NCBI GenBank assembly: GCA_003971905.1
Contig: RSEE01000017.1
Coordinates: 558,001-622,000, forward strand
DNA: 64,000 nt
Source: Moniliella sp. 'wahieum'
Taxonomy: Eukaryota
Reading direction: 5' to 3'
Shown here: piece after piece, positions 50,330 through 63,770 of the stretch
How positions within the stretch are numbered: position 1 is the first letter of the stretch
Layout of the letters: every line of letters starts with the position of its first letter
Position numbers and translations under genes: made by a program
The notes under the pieces: generated by a model
Told to the model about the DNA's origin: nothing
What the model saw: only the letters and a program-made list of their open reading frames with translations
Databases searched by the model: none

Positions 50330-51374
50330 CTTTTTACATTCATTGAGCCCCCGCCATCCACTCCCAGAAAACACTTAACGCCAACTGAATGAGTGCAACC
50401 ATGTATCAGGTCATGTGGTGGTCTAAGCAAATTCACTACACATGACCTGCTGGAAGTGGCTAAGGTGTTGACCGGGGGTCCGAGGGCCAATCACCTCTAA
50501 GCCACATCAATGTTCGATCGGATTCGCTCGGGCCTCTCAGACTGGTTTAGCGCCCGAGCCGTTTCTTCTTCTCCGTTTCTTCCTGTCCTGGGCCGGCTAG
50601 TCCCGCATCCTGTCTTCGAACCATCACCTTCAGCCTCTGTTGTCGATCAGACTTGGTGGGAAACGTACTAGGCCAATATAAGGAGACGGCGAACCATCTT
50701 GGTTCCATGAACTGTGGATGAGCGACTGGGACCATTCACTGGCATAATTTACAAGTAGCTAGCGGCAATAGTCCGTCAACGACACTTTTGGAGTCGCATC
50801 CGCCAAGCGAGAAACAAGGAGGTGAACATCAAGCCGCAGGGCGCAAGGGTTTCAAGCAGGCTCGTAGTAGGCAAAATGTGCTTCTTGCCAGAGGTTTTGA
50901 TGGAGAGGGCCTGTGAATCGCGAGAAGGACAATGCGACGACTCCAGTGAAGAGAGAAGAAAACACGAGGCTCTATATCTATCTGTGCCGATCCACTCACC
51001 TCTGTAGTGGGCTGCCCATGCATCCTTCTGATTCTCAGTCGGCCTTGGCAGAAGCAAGGGGAAAGAGTGGCAAACGATCATGATCAACGTACGGGACAAG
51101 ATGCACAACCAAAGAGAACAAAGAGGAACACAAACAGTAAAGTCACATCGTGGAAACGGCGGCGGGGAGAGAGAGGGTAGGGGAGTGTGGTAGGGGAGTG
51201 GCAGGGGGTGGCAGGCAACAACTGCTGGGGAAAAAAAGCAAGCCAAATTCGTGCAGAGGGATCGATCCGTCAAGGGAAGCAAAGGAGCGAAGCAGAGGCA
51301 GGAGGGGCGGGGCGTTAGGGGGCAGACAGCCCCATAGACCCCTCAGTCTCATACCCCATACCCCATACATACCC

Positions 51375-54300
51375 TTAGGTCCCCGTCATGTGCGCCACAT
51401 CCTTACGCCAGGCCGAGATGTGCTCGTCGGCCTGGGCCTTGCACTGGTCCAGTGCGCGCTGCAACGAGCGCACCACCTCGTCATCGGCGCCCGTCTCGTT
51501 CTGCAAGCTAGTGTACAGTGCCTGCAACTGCGCATAGCGCATCTGACTCTCGTCCAAGCTGGCGCGCAGTCGCGCACCTGCGCCAACAGATCGACGGACA
51601 CTTGCTGGCTCTCCTTTTGGGCTTGGGTGGATTGTTTAGGCCTTCTCTAGCGCTTGGAATCGCGCCGTGAGCAGCGCCACGTCTTCCCCCGTATCGCCCT
51701 CGGAACCAGCACCGACTTGGCGCTGAAGCTACGATAGAGGAATGGGCGTTCGTCAGTACCTCGTGGCATTGCGGGAGGGGGGCCAGGGGGGGAGGGGGGG
51801 GGGGGACGTACAAGTTCCTTATCATTCTTCAGCTGCTGCGCGTGCTCTGCTTGCAACGTGGCCAGGACCTGTCGGTGGGCATCCAATTCGGCCGTGACAT
51901 TGTCCAAATCCAGTTGGTATTTACGGCGAGACTCATGGAGGGCCTGCTGGGCCTGCTCGAGCTGCTTGAGCATGTGCTGGCGTTCCGTTTCAAAGGCCTG
52001 CTTGTCTCCGTCGGCCGGGGCGGCATGAGCTTTGAGTTGGCGGATCTGTGCGCGCAACGAATCGGCCTCGGTTTGGGCGAGGTGAGCACGAGCTTTGGCC
52101 TGAGCCAGCTCGTGCTCGGCCTGCTGGTGCGAACTTGGGTCCGCGCCTCGGCCTGGTCGCCCTTAACACGGTCCACCTCGAGCGCTTGTAAGCGGGCATA
52201 GTACTCGTCCGCTTTGGCTTTGTACAGGTGCGCCGTCTCGCGTGCCTCGGCCAGGGCATGGCTTCCGCTAGACGAGTCAATTTGGAGCTCCTGCAACGCC
52301 GTGCGCAACGAGGCAGTTTCCATCCTGCCCTGGTTGTGGGCCAAGCGCTCGGCATCGAGTGCGGCGCGCGCCTCGGCCAACTGGGTCTCCAGCGCATCTC
52401 TCGACCGTACTACCTGAGCCAAGTCTTGCTTGACTTGGATCAACTCGGGCTGACTCCGACTCGTCTTGCGCGCGGCCGAACTGACATTGTCCGCCCAGCT
52501 AGCGGCCGAGGCAACGCGGCTCTCAGCCAAGGCCTGCGCTTGGGCAGAGTAAATGTTGCCCCGCGTGCTCCCCCCAAACATGAGCGTTTTGCGCTTCACG
52601 TCCCCAGCTGCGCCAAGCGGGCCCTTCTTTTCGGGAGGAGAAGTCGCGCGGGGTCTGCAGGGGCGAGGGGAGAACGGGTGTGTTGCGCTTTTGGCTGCGG
52701 AGCAAATCTGCTTTGGCCTCCATGTCGGCTTCGAGCTCGTCGTGGCCAATGCGGCTCATCGAGGATCTTTTTGGTCAAGTCAGGATCGCCATGCCCATTG
52801 AGCAACAACTCCTCCAGGTTGGCAAACGTGCTGCCCCGAGCGCCTGGGAGCTGCGCAGTTGCTTTTCCAACGCCGCGATTCGCGATTCGTACTCGTGCTT
52901 GGTCCGAGCCAAGATTCTTCGGCATGCAGCTCTTTCCTCCGGCTTGTCGACAAGGCTTCGTCTCTCTGCCGGCGTGCGTCGCGGGAGACTGTTGGAGCTG
53001 GGCAAGCTCGGTAGAATGCTTGTTACCCTGGTCCGCATGAAGCGGGCGGGTGCGATTCAGCTGGGTAAGTTGGTGGGTTAAATCTTCGTTTTCGCCAATC
53101 AGCCTCGTCTTGGTCTTTTCGAGGGTACGAGTGTAATTGAGGAGTTCATGCAACTTGGCTTGCGTCTCGGCGAGCTGACGGTCAGTGTACTTTTTGGCTT
53201 CTTCCATACATGGACATGCTCGACAATTGTCTTGTTGGTCATGCTCTGCGCCCGACGCAACTCCACCTGTGTTTCTGCTAGGGCCGAATGGAGTTGGCTA
53301 ATTCGGCCGCCTGTGCCTGTGCGTCCCTCTCCAGCTCAACAACTTGGTTTTGAAGCGCGGTTGCTTTGGCCGTGACCGACCTGTGCAGGTCCCGTTCCGC
53401 CTCGAGGTCCAATGCGAGAGCAGCATGCTTGTCCTTCCACTCTTGCACGGAACGTTGCAACGGCACAAGCTGTTCGTCCTCCAGGGTACGGTGTTTCGCC
53501 TCGGCCTTGGCCAACGCAGCTTTAAGCTGCGTCGTGCCGATTGTTGACAGAGTCCAACTCGCGTGAGACCGACTCATGATGGGACCGTGCCTGAGCTAAG
53601 TCGGCCTGGGCAACCGACTTGGCTTGCTCTGCCGCGGCCAAACTCTCGCCCAGGAGAGCAAGTTGAGCCGTGTGGTGGTCGACTTGCTGTTGAGCAGCCT
53701 CGAGTGCCTGTTGGGAAGAAGCGTGCTCCGCTTGCCAGCGCGCCACCTCGGACGTGAGCAGGGTAACCTTCTTGGTGAGTTCCGTCTGGGCCTGGGCGTG
53801 CGCGTGTTGATCCCGAGCCAGCTGGGCCCGCAGCTCCGACAGTTCCTCCCCTGCCTGCGCAGTTTGGAGTGCGTGTAGTTTCTCGTCGCCCTCTGAAGTC
53901 TTTTCCATCAACAAGTTGGTCGTTCGATCCAGGTCCGCCTGCAGGCGTTCGGTCGACTGCACCAGCTCGGCCTGCGTACCTGTGCAGCCTCCAACTCGGC
54001 TACCGTCGCGTCCAGGTGAGCCTTGTGTTCGGTCGAGGCAAGCTTGTGAGCATCCCGCTCGCGCTGCGAGACAAGCAGCTCCTTTTTAGCTGCTCAACTC
54101 TGCTGCGGTCGCGCGGTGTGCGGCCTCGACTTGCTGGTGCGCTTGTTTGAGGCTGTCCATCTCGAGTGCAGCTTGATGGTGAGTGTCGCGTTGGGCCGAT
54201 TCAGATTGGAGGCGTTTGCGCGCGCTGACGGCCTCGCTCAAACGATGTTCGATATCTTCCCTTGCTCCTTCCAGCGTGCTTCGGCCCGCTTGCGATCCTC

Positions 54301-57300
54301 CTCACTTTGAGCCGCCTTGCGTGCCAAAGCTGCCTTCTCCTTCTCGACGAGCTGGAGGGCGGTGCGCAAGCGCTCGCATCGGCCTGATGGGAAGCCAATC
54401 GCGGGTATGTTGTTCCCCACGGGTGGTCCACTGCGTTTGTTCGTCCTGCAACTGAGCGAGCGAGGCGCAAGAGCCTGGTGCTCTTCTTGCAATTGAGCCA
54501 GCGCTTCTTCGGCATCTTGTTTGGCGTCCTGGGCCGCGTCGAGGTGTTGCTCCAAGGCATCCATGTCGGCGTGAAGCCCAGCGATTTCCTCTCTCAACTG
54601 AGCCTCGTGTTCCTGGCTGCGGGCCAAGAGCTGGTCCTTATCGGTGGCCAAGGCGCGTTCCTGTGCGAGCTCCGCCTCTGCCTTTGCGACTTGGACTCAA
54701 GGTGATGTTTGAGTTGGGCCAAGCGGGTACGTTCTGTTCTTCGCGTTCGGCCCGCTCTGAAGCCAACTGCAACGCCAGTTCCTTCTGCCGCAACTCCTCG
54801 TCCTGCCGCGTCGCAGCGAGGAGAGGACGAACTTTGGTGTAGAGTTGCCACCAGGGCCATTGACGAAGTTCAACGTACTCGCGTGCGTTGCGCTGGATCA
54901 ACCGAATGGCCGCCGCTCGATTCAACACTTTTTTCATTGCCGCGTGCGGTATACATGCGACAAGCGGCGCCAAAGCGGGTAAAGAGGTGGTACAACAGTT
55001 TTGTCCCTCCGCTCTTCCAGCTCGGCAAGTACGCCAGCCTTGAAAAAGACCTTGGACGTGCCAATCTTGAAGCAAGACCGATGGAGCTCAAGTGCATCGA
55101 CCATGCGTTGAACGGCCTTGCGACCGTCCATGTAACCACGCGGGATGATGCCCTGTGTCAGGACCTCGTACCGGTTCCGAAACTCGCTAAAGAACAAACG
55201 GTTGGGTAGCCAAGCCGAGCGATCCGAATGCCCTCGAGCACACCATTGCAACGCAGCTGTTCCAGCACAAGGGGTACGTCCATCTTGCCCGGTTTTGTCC
55301 GTGTTGGGGACAATGCATCTAACAAAGTGAGGTTGGGTGCTGGCCAACTGAGCCATGAGCGAGGCAGTTGTTCCTTGTGCCGCTGGGCGACGGTGCGGAA
55401 GGCGCCTCGCTTCTTTCGCTTGCCACTCGTGCCAAGTGATCCAAGTCGCCAGCATACTCGGCAAAAAGCGAGGCAATATACCGATCGGTCGACTGAGAGA
55501 GGACACGCGTCAAGTTATCGTTGAGGGGGTCCTTGTTCTTATCGAGCCATTGTTCGGTGCGGTACTCGACTGCACCGCATAGTGTTTGACGGTGAATCCC
55601 TGTCCGAACCGGGCTGGGGAGTACTTGCTAGCTGCAGTGGCGGGCGAAATGTCATTGGTGGAAGTCGAGACATTTTGGATGCCTCGCCGTTGGGACCCCA
55701 GACGCCATTGAGTTTCTCGGTAAATGTCAAATCGGTTGCCTTGGGCATGATGCACTCCTCGTCGAGGGTGGAGAGGATACCGACAGGCGATGGTACTTTC
55801 AATCAACAGATGGTCGGCTGAAGGTCCAAGCCAAAGTTGACAAAATCCCACTCGATCCCTCCCGAGCATACTCCTCCTGTTCGAGGATGAACATGTGGTG
55901 ATTAAAGAACTGCTGGAGCTTTTCGTTGGTATAGTTGATGCACAGCTGTTCGAACGAGTTGTGCTCAAAAATCTCAAACCCGGCAATGTCGAGCACACCA
56001 ATAAAGGAGCTCTTGGAGGTGGGACGGTCGAGAGCTCTGTTGATCCGGTCTACGATCGAGGCGAACGTCTTTTCATAGATGGTCTTACACAGCGCACCCA
56101 TCTCATCCAGCACTTGTTTCCTGGTCCGGCTGTTGGTCACCCATTCCCGGCCCGCCCGAGCACGGGGACGGGTCAAGGCATTGGTAAAGTCCGCCTCGGG
56201 CAAGCCAAGGACGTGGCAAACCTTCTCGACCTGGTCAGGGTTTTGGATTCTGGCCTGCTCCCCAACCGAAGCGACGTCCAAGTTGCCCACATGCAGGATG
56301 GCTGCTACCACACGGAACAGGTTGACGCGTTCCTCGGGGGAAAAGCCCACAACTTAAGGGCGTTCATCAGGACGCGGAACTCGGATGCATCATCGACGCC
56401 TTCAACGTCCTTGCGCGTGTCCTTGAGGTATGCATAGTCATCTGGCGAGCTGGACAAGAGGAGTTTTTCTGAAAAAAAGAGGGAAAGCAACACGTCAGAA
56501 CGCGGCACCCAAATAGAGACACGCCCAAGCGCATTCGTGAGGAGGGGGGGGGGGGGGGGGATACATACGCTTGAGTTCGTGCATCGCTGCGGAGGAGTTG
56601 ATAAAAAATGTGAAAGGAACGTTCGCGGGTGGACCGAGTGGTAACGCGGGACTTTTCCAACAGATACCAATCGATGTTGGCGCCGCAATAGCACCCAACG
56701 AGGTGAACTCGATGCGGACAAACTTTCCAAAGCGGAAGAGTTGTGTTGCGGATGGTTGGGCATTCCAAAGGACTCGAGGATGGGGTTGGCTTGAAGGATC
56801 TGACGCTCAAGAAGGCCAAGGCGTTTGGAGGCCAAGCCATCAATGCCTTGCAGGTGGTCCTCGACGTACCGACTGGACGTGGTGCGGGTGCGAGGCGGGG
56901 AGCCGTCGGGCTCGGGAGGAGACATGGCTGCCACCGTGTCGGCAGCAATGGCAGCGAGGTACTGGATCACTTTTTTCGTGTTCTCCGTCTTGCCCGCGCC
57001 GCTTGCCGCCGTGATGAGCAGCGACTGGTTCTCGCGCTGGTCGAGCATGTTGCGCATCGCGCCATCGGCGACAGCATAGATATGGGGTGCATTGTCTTCG
57101 CGCCGCTTGCCCTTGTAGGCAGCGACGTATGCGTCCGTGTAGATGGGAAGAGGGTGGTAGGGGTTGACGGCAACCAGGAAGAGGCCCGAGAATGTCTGCG
57201 AGGGAAAGAGAAAATGTGTCAGGGTCAGGGCGGCGCACGGGGCCCAGGCCGAGGCGGGCACAAGCGAGAAGAGAGAGAGGAGAGGAGGGTTAGGTGGCAG

Positions 57301-57690
57301 GCATACATAGATGAGTCCGCTGAGGTAGCGCTGGCGCAAGTTGTGTACGACGCTTGCTTCGTTGAGGTAGGTGAGGTGGGCAATGTCGTCGACCTTGTCA
57401 AACTTGGGGGGTTCATGGGCGCCAGGTCGTCGACAGGGACGGAGCGGGTGGTGCCGTCGGCGGTGAAGCGGACGACGGAGTGGGTGTCGGGGGCGCCGGG
57501 GGCTGGATCGTCGACGGTGGCCGGGGGTAGCCCGCGGGGGTCGGGCACCCAGACATAGGTCTTGGCCGCAAACTCGGCGGCGGCGGCAGCCTCCTCGAGC
57601 GAGGCGGCGGGGCCAGCGAGGCGGGGGGCGGTGGGCGGCGGCGGCGGCGGCGGCGGCGTGTGCGCGTGCCTTGGGGTGGGCCGTCGCCAT
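51375..57690 (-). CDS. Myosin type II heavy chain
   Basis: [129 protein letters not shown], then about 3 kb of coiled-coil. Introns 57196-57306, 56469-56568, 51729-51811. Confidence 0.95.
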
Positions 57691-58260
57691 GGCGGGGGCG
57701 GGGGGCGGGGCGGTCGAGGTGGTGGCGGGCACGGATGGATGCGGGTGGGCCGGGCGGTGGCGCTGGCTGTGTATTTTGTTGCATCTACCCCCACGCGCCG
57801 CCCGCTGACGTCAGCCGCTGCCCCGCCCGCATGGTTGCATTGTGCTTACGCACGACGTGGCGTTCGCGTGGCGCGTGGCGGTCACGTGCTCCCCTGGCTG
57901 GCTGATTCACAGGTTGTTTTCCCATTGTGGGTGTGCGGGCTGCGCGACGCGTCACGCGTGGCAGGCTGGCTGTGCGCAACCGACTGGCGTGCAAGTTGCC
58001 CATCCGTCATCCAATCCCAGCCCTGAGCGCCTGAGCAGGCAAGAAAGACTACAGACACGACACGCTCCACCATCCAACTACCTCTCCGCCATCCACCTGC
58101 CGCCCCTGTCTGGTGTGTGCGCGTCTCCTTGGCCTCTCCCGCCAGCCCCTGCCGCTCACTGGCGAGCGTAGGGGTGGAGTGACCACCCCTCCTCCTGCAT
58201 CAACTGACCCTCCTCTGTTGCACCCTCGGTCCATTCCTGTGTCGCCCTCTCCAGCCCACC

Positions 58261-58810
58261 ATGACCGGCCCCAGTGGTTCCAAGAGCAAGCCCAAGAACT
58301 CGAGCAGTACCCAGAAAGTGAGGCGCACCAAGAAGGAAAGGAGATGGGCAAGCCGAAGCGTGCCCTGACGGCCTATGTGCTCTTTTCCCAGGAGACACGC
58401 AACCAAGTCAAGGAGGACAACCCAGATGCGGGTTTTGGTGCGTAGTGTCGAACGGGTCCGTCCGTGTTGTGTTGGGCCAGGGATGCTGACTTTCGCTGGG
58501 CTGTGTTTCGTGTGGTGACGGGTTGGGGGTTGTTGTTGTGGTTTCGACTTGTTTGGTTGGTTTGGTTTTGCTTGCGGGGATGTCGGGTGTGCATGGGATT
58601 TTGGGGCGCTGTGCTTGATTGGACGGTTGTTGGGGCGCGCGGGGGGGTAGGCGACATGGTCGGATCCTGGGCCAAATGTGGAAGGACATGGACGATGAGG
58701 CCAAGAAGCCGTTCAGGGACATGGCCGATAAGGACAAGCTGCGGGCGGAGCGCGAGAGAGCCGAGTGGAAGGCGGCGCAGGATGCGGCCCAAGAAGACGA
58801 GGAAGAGTAA
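58261..58810 (+). CDS. NHP6: Small HMG-box protein, Nhp6-like
   Basis: Basic N-terminus, KPKRALTAYVLFSQETRNQVKEDNPDAGFG, intron 58438-58650, GRILGQMWKDMDDEAKKPF...DK.R; acidic end. Confidence 0.85.
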
Positions 58811-60089
58811 CAACACCCGGGACATGGGCCCTGCCGCCACCGCCACCAGTTTGCCAGTGGGGCGGTGCATGCTAAACGTCGACGGATGCAAGGGGCTAGG
58901 CACTGGCGCATAATAATTCTTGGTGTTGATGTTGGGACTGCTGCTATTAGACTACGTTGGGACGGTGTGGGCACATGCGAGGGTCGGGTGGGGAAGCAGC
59001 GCGTTCGACCTGGTCAAGGGCAGGAGGGAGATGAGCGAGCCGCGCCGGCGTGACCGACGAGGCAGAGTAAGCAAGCGCTTCGGCTAATCGGCGCTACTTT
59101 GTTAGCGCCAAGCCCCGGTATGCCAAGGTGAGCCGCAGCTGAGCGTCACGTGGTGGGCCACCTCACTCATCACGTGATCCCACATCCCGCGAACGCTTCA
59201 TCCTGTATCACTTGTCACGGTGACATGTGACCGGTGAACCATGGTCGTGTGGTCATGTGATCATGGGATCGTGGCAAGGGCCCGGGTCCCTTCCACGTGG
59301 CACGTGACAAGACTAGGTGGTGCCTTGGCGGCAGCTGCGGCGGAGGCACTGGGCTGCAGGCTGCAGTGGGTGAAGCCAGCTGCACGGGGTGCGACTGCAG
59401 GCGGCGCAGACGCAGCAGGGGGGCAGAGCAAGGCAGGGCAGGGCAGGGCGAGGCCATCCGGTGGGACCCAGTGCGCGCCCAGTGCCAGTGCGCGTGTCGG
59501 GCGATGCACGATGGCGCCCAGCAAGCGCGCGGGAGCCCCGAGACTGGCGCTGCGCTATCGCCTGCCATGCAGCGGCTCCACGGGGGCTGTGCGGTGTGGG
59601 CTGCGTGGCCGGGTCGCACAGCGCCAGTGTGGGCCCGGCGGTGCGGATGGCGCGGCACTGGCGCAGGCCGTGGCGATGCGTGATGTCCCAGCGCCGGGCA
59701 GTGCAGGGATGCGCAGGGGGGCATGCGACGGGTGACGCGCCATGCGCCCTGCGTCGGCCTGCGCTGCGTGGCCCTGGGACGCGCGGCGCCAGGGCCACGC
59801 AACGGGCCGGCGCGGGGCGAGTGTGGCCGGCGTTCTGGGCGTCGGGCAGCGGCCCGCGTCCGGCGTCAGCCGTCAGCCGTCGGCGCATCACGCGTCAGCC
59901 CTCAGCCGCGCCTTGCCACGCCCGCCCTCCCCTGGCTCGCTGCCGCCCCGACGACGCTGCTGCCGCTGCCCTCGCCGTTGCCCTCGCCGCTCCTCCCGCT
60001 GCCTGCGCTCCTGCTGCCGCTGGCCCTGCCCCGCGCCGCCCCCAACACCATCCCCCCACGCTCGCTGCCGCTGTGCTCCCTCGCCCACC

Positions 60090-60776
60090 ATGTCTGGCAA
60101 GATGATGATCTACAAGCTCGTCGTCCTCGGCGACGGCGGTGTGGGCAAGACGGCCCTCACGATCCAGTGTGTACATGCTGGCTCTGCGCTGCTCCCCTCG
60201 GCCGCCTCCGCCCCCCCTACGCTGGCGTATGGCCTACTCGTGCTAACCCTCACGCCCTGCCCAGCTCTGTCTCAACCACTTTGTCGAGACGTACGACCCT
60301 ACCATCGAAGACTCGTACCGCAAGCAGACCGTCATTGACGACCAGCCCTGCATGCTCGAGGTGCTGGACACTGCCGGCCAAGAAGAGTACACGGCGCTTC
60401 GCGACCAGTGGGTGCGCGAGGGCGAGGGGTTCCTGTTGGTGTACTCGATTGTCAGTCGACCCACCTTTGACCGCATTGAGCGGTTCAAGAACCAAATCAC
60501 GCGTGTCAAGGACGAGCCCAATGTGCCCGATGCTGGTGGGCAACAAGTGCGACAAGGCGGACGAACGGGAAGTGTCATTTGAGGAGGGTCAAGCGCTGGC
60601 GATGCGCCTCAACTGCCAGTTTGTCGAGACGTCGGCCAAGACGTGCGTCAATGTCGAGAAGGCCTACCTCAATGTGGTCCGCATGATCCGGGAACAGCGC
60701 GGCGAGATTGTCAACAAGCAGTCCAAATCGAAAAGAAGGCTGGCAAGGACAAGAACGCAAGTGCTATGTACTCTAA
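60090..60776 (+). CDS. RAS2: Ras GTPase, fungal Ras2 type
   Basis: [44 protein letters not shown], polybasic tail and CAAX (KCYVL*); intron about 60168-60264. Confidence 0.96.
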
Positions 60777-63753
60777 TCCCTTGGGTGGTCCAGCGCACAC
60801 CCTCGGTACATCCATCCACTCCGCACCCCTCCTGCCTCTTGCCATGGCCATTCTATTTCTTTCTCTCCTCAGGCCTCCTCTCCTTGCGCCTTGACCCTTT
60901 CTCCTTTCCCTCCTCCCCCCGCCCCCGCCCCCTCCCCCTTCAGCCTCAACGTTAAAGCTCTGTCACCCACTCATCCTGCCCCCATCCATCCGCGTCCTCT
61001 CGTCCTGCACTCCCGTGCCATCCTCCTGCCCGTCTGTCTCGCTTCTATCCCACCCCCCCCTTTCGTTCTCCTACATGAGCTTTCACACCGAGTCGGATCG
61101 CGCGCTGCCTCGACCCACCTTGTTCCGGCTTGCTTGTGACCCTTTGCCGGCACAACGTGGTGCCATGGGCAGGGTTGGTATTGATGTTGATATTGGTCTT
61201 GGTCTGGGCGGCGATCTGGATGAGGGCTTTGCTTTCCCCACGTTCATTTGAGTGTTGGGTTGGGATCGAGGTACGCACTATCTCAATCTTCTTTTCCCTT
61301 TCCTCTTCCGTTTCTTCTTGTTCTCCTTCCCTTCCTCCCCCCCCCTTTTTTTTCTCCTTTCCCTCCTTTTCCTCCTGTCTGTCTCCTCTTATCTTTCCTC
61401 TTCCTACTCCTCCTCTTTTTCTTCCTTTTCCTCCTCTTCCCTCCATTTCGTGCACGGTGCACGTCCGACAAGTTCCCAAGCCTGCTTCTCTCTTGCTCTC
61501 TCTCTCACCCCGGTCCGTCCCTTCTTTTACCCAGCCTAGCCCCTGGAGGGAAGGAGCGGTCTCTCCTCCCTACTCTCTCCTTCACCTCTGGACTTGGGCG
61601 TGCGATAGGCGGCGTGCTGGGGCGTTTGGGAGCGGAGCCGGGAGCGGAGAGCAGCGGCAAGAGCGGTGGCGAAAGCGCAATCTGCTTGCTGGATCTCTCA
61701 GCGACCCTGCTCTGCTCTGCTTTGCTTTGCTCTACTCTGCTTTGCTGTTTTGCTTTGCGTTTGCTTGGGACTTGGTTGGACGCGGATTATTAAGATCACA
61801 AGCCATGATCAGTTACCAGGTACCGGGGTGTTGTGTTTTGTGCGTGGATCTCCCGTCTCAGCCTCTTCGAGCTCGACTGTCGTCGGGACTGGGTCGGGTC
61901 GATTTGGGCGGGCGAGAGCGGTAGTGGGTAGCGCACCAGCGAAGAATGGAGGATTGGATTATGGGTTTAGACTGGACAGCACATCAAGGACACAGACGCG
62001 CGTCGGGCTACGTGGGTAGCGGTAGCCAGGGGTAGCGAATTTTTGTAAGGGAGGGAAACCTGGGTCTACGAAAGACGGGGCAGAGATGAAGCGTGAGGAG
62101 CGAAAAGGTTGGACGGTGGGCAGTGGACGGTGGACGTTTGGAAGACACGGGTTGGACCTTAAACGGTTTGCGCTCAACGTCATCCACCTTGAACTAAACC
62201 TTGACCGCTGTGGACCTCGAGGGGATGAACTTCGACTTCGAGATTACCACAGGTGCGAGCACCACTGCAAGCAAGTCGCTTGGCCGCGGACGTATACAGC
62301 TTCACAAGCGCAAGCACTCCGACCCGACATGCTTCCCTCCGCTCCTACATTCCATCCTTCCATACTGACTGATGCATGCAGGCAGATGCCTCTCCGTGGC
62401 CACCTGCCCTGCTCTCGAAAACCATGATGTTGTTGCCTGGTACGCTGGGCCGGGGAACAGTTGGCCTGAAGGTAGGGAAACGGTCTAAGCCGGGGCCATG
62501 ACAAGTCATTGGGGGAACCGGGGTGTTGGAGACTGGGAAAGGAAGTGCCCGTCCAAGCCCAGGACAAAAGGACGAAAGGGGGTCGTTGGGTTTTTGGTTT
62601 AGAATCACACACCACACTGTTATGCTGTCCCTCGGCCCACACGTCCCCCCCTACCCGTCCGGTTCCCATTCGCCTCTTTTCCCGCGGCTGACACGCGGGA
62701 TGTACCAACGCAGATCCCGGTACAGATGAAACAAGATGACTGCGGTGCGGGAGATGAGGTGTGGATTGCCCCTCCCTCTCTCGACTCACACACTCTCTCT
62801 TTCTCAGTTTCTCCTCCTGGAACCATCACCGACGGTTGGCGCTTGCCTTTTCCCACTTGGCCCACACACAGAGCCCCAAAAACGATTGTCACCTGAATTC
62901 AACGGTAACAAACTGCACCGATGACTCTCGCACCTTGGCTCACACGCCACCACTCAAATAATAGGCAGCGCGGCGTATCCGCTTGCACCACACGGCTGCG
63001 TAGTGCCCCACCCAGCTGATGGATCATATGGTACGCCGAGGCCTAGGGCAGTTGTTTGCGAAGTCTCTCTTCTTTTGTGTAGCCAACAGGACGCCGATCG
63101 GGGTGCGCTTCCTGCTGGGCCACAGTAAAGGTCCGAGAGGGAATTATAGGGGGGGGGGGGGGGTTCCATATCTCGTGTATTAGTGCCCACTGATCAAGTC
63201 ATTTGCCCAAGCCATTTTGGCTCAAGCTCTTGAGCAATGGCATCATGGGCGTGGGTGGAGAACTCTGGCCGCACGCTTACTTAGTACACAATGGTCACTC
63301 TTGGGTGTACTATAGCAAACACAAAAGCGAAAGAGAAGGAGATTGTCGGTGGTCGGACCGTGGCATGCCATGATAGTAACTAAGGGTGGCGAGAGGCAAC
63401 CAGAGGCCAACCGAATAGGCGACAATGGCGAACAAACAGAGCAAGCGCAGCCGTCTCACGCCGTTGTGAAAATGGGAACAACGAACGGATCCGTGGTCCC
63501 AGAGGACCCATCAAATGATAAGCTCAACGAAGAGCCCCATCTCTCTCAAAAAGGGGCCCGACTGGACCGCGCATTCAAAGCTGTTGCCATTGAAGACGCC
63601 CCTTGGTTGACTTTAGCCTTCTCTCTTTCATTTGGGTGCCGTGCATGGGACAGTTTAAGTGCGGGGACCAGCGCCAGGAGCGCGGACGGTTGTCATTCTC
63701 ATCATCGGGGCGAAGGCGAGATGGACACGAAGTATACTCAACACTTAGATTTT

Positions 63754-63770
63754 ACTACTACTACTACTAT
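63754..63770 (+). repeat. Short (ACT)n microsatellite
   Basis: actactactactactat. Confidence 0.6.

Noticed and set aside
3660..60776. Pervasive frameshifts read as mass pseudogenisation or programmed frameshifting
   Set aside because: They hit essential genes (HEM12, CDC23, CBP80, myosin II) alike, are mostly small deletions, and leave motifs intact on both sides. This is the pattern of unpolished long-read consensus.
16369..60776. Tubulin, kinesin-3, AP-1, CDC23, myosin II and Ras2 as a cytoskeleton/cell-cycle gene cluster
   Set aside because: Interspersed with unrelated genes and the functional category is broad; co-occurrence is plausible by chance.
61240..61770. Hydrophobic 264-aa ORF (61130-61924) as a membrane protein
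   Set aside because: Arises from CT-rich and (CTTTG/CTCTG)n low-complexity DNA downstream of RAS2.
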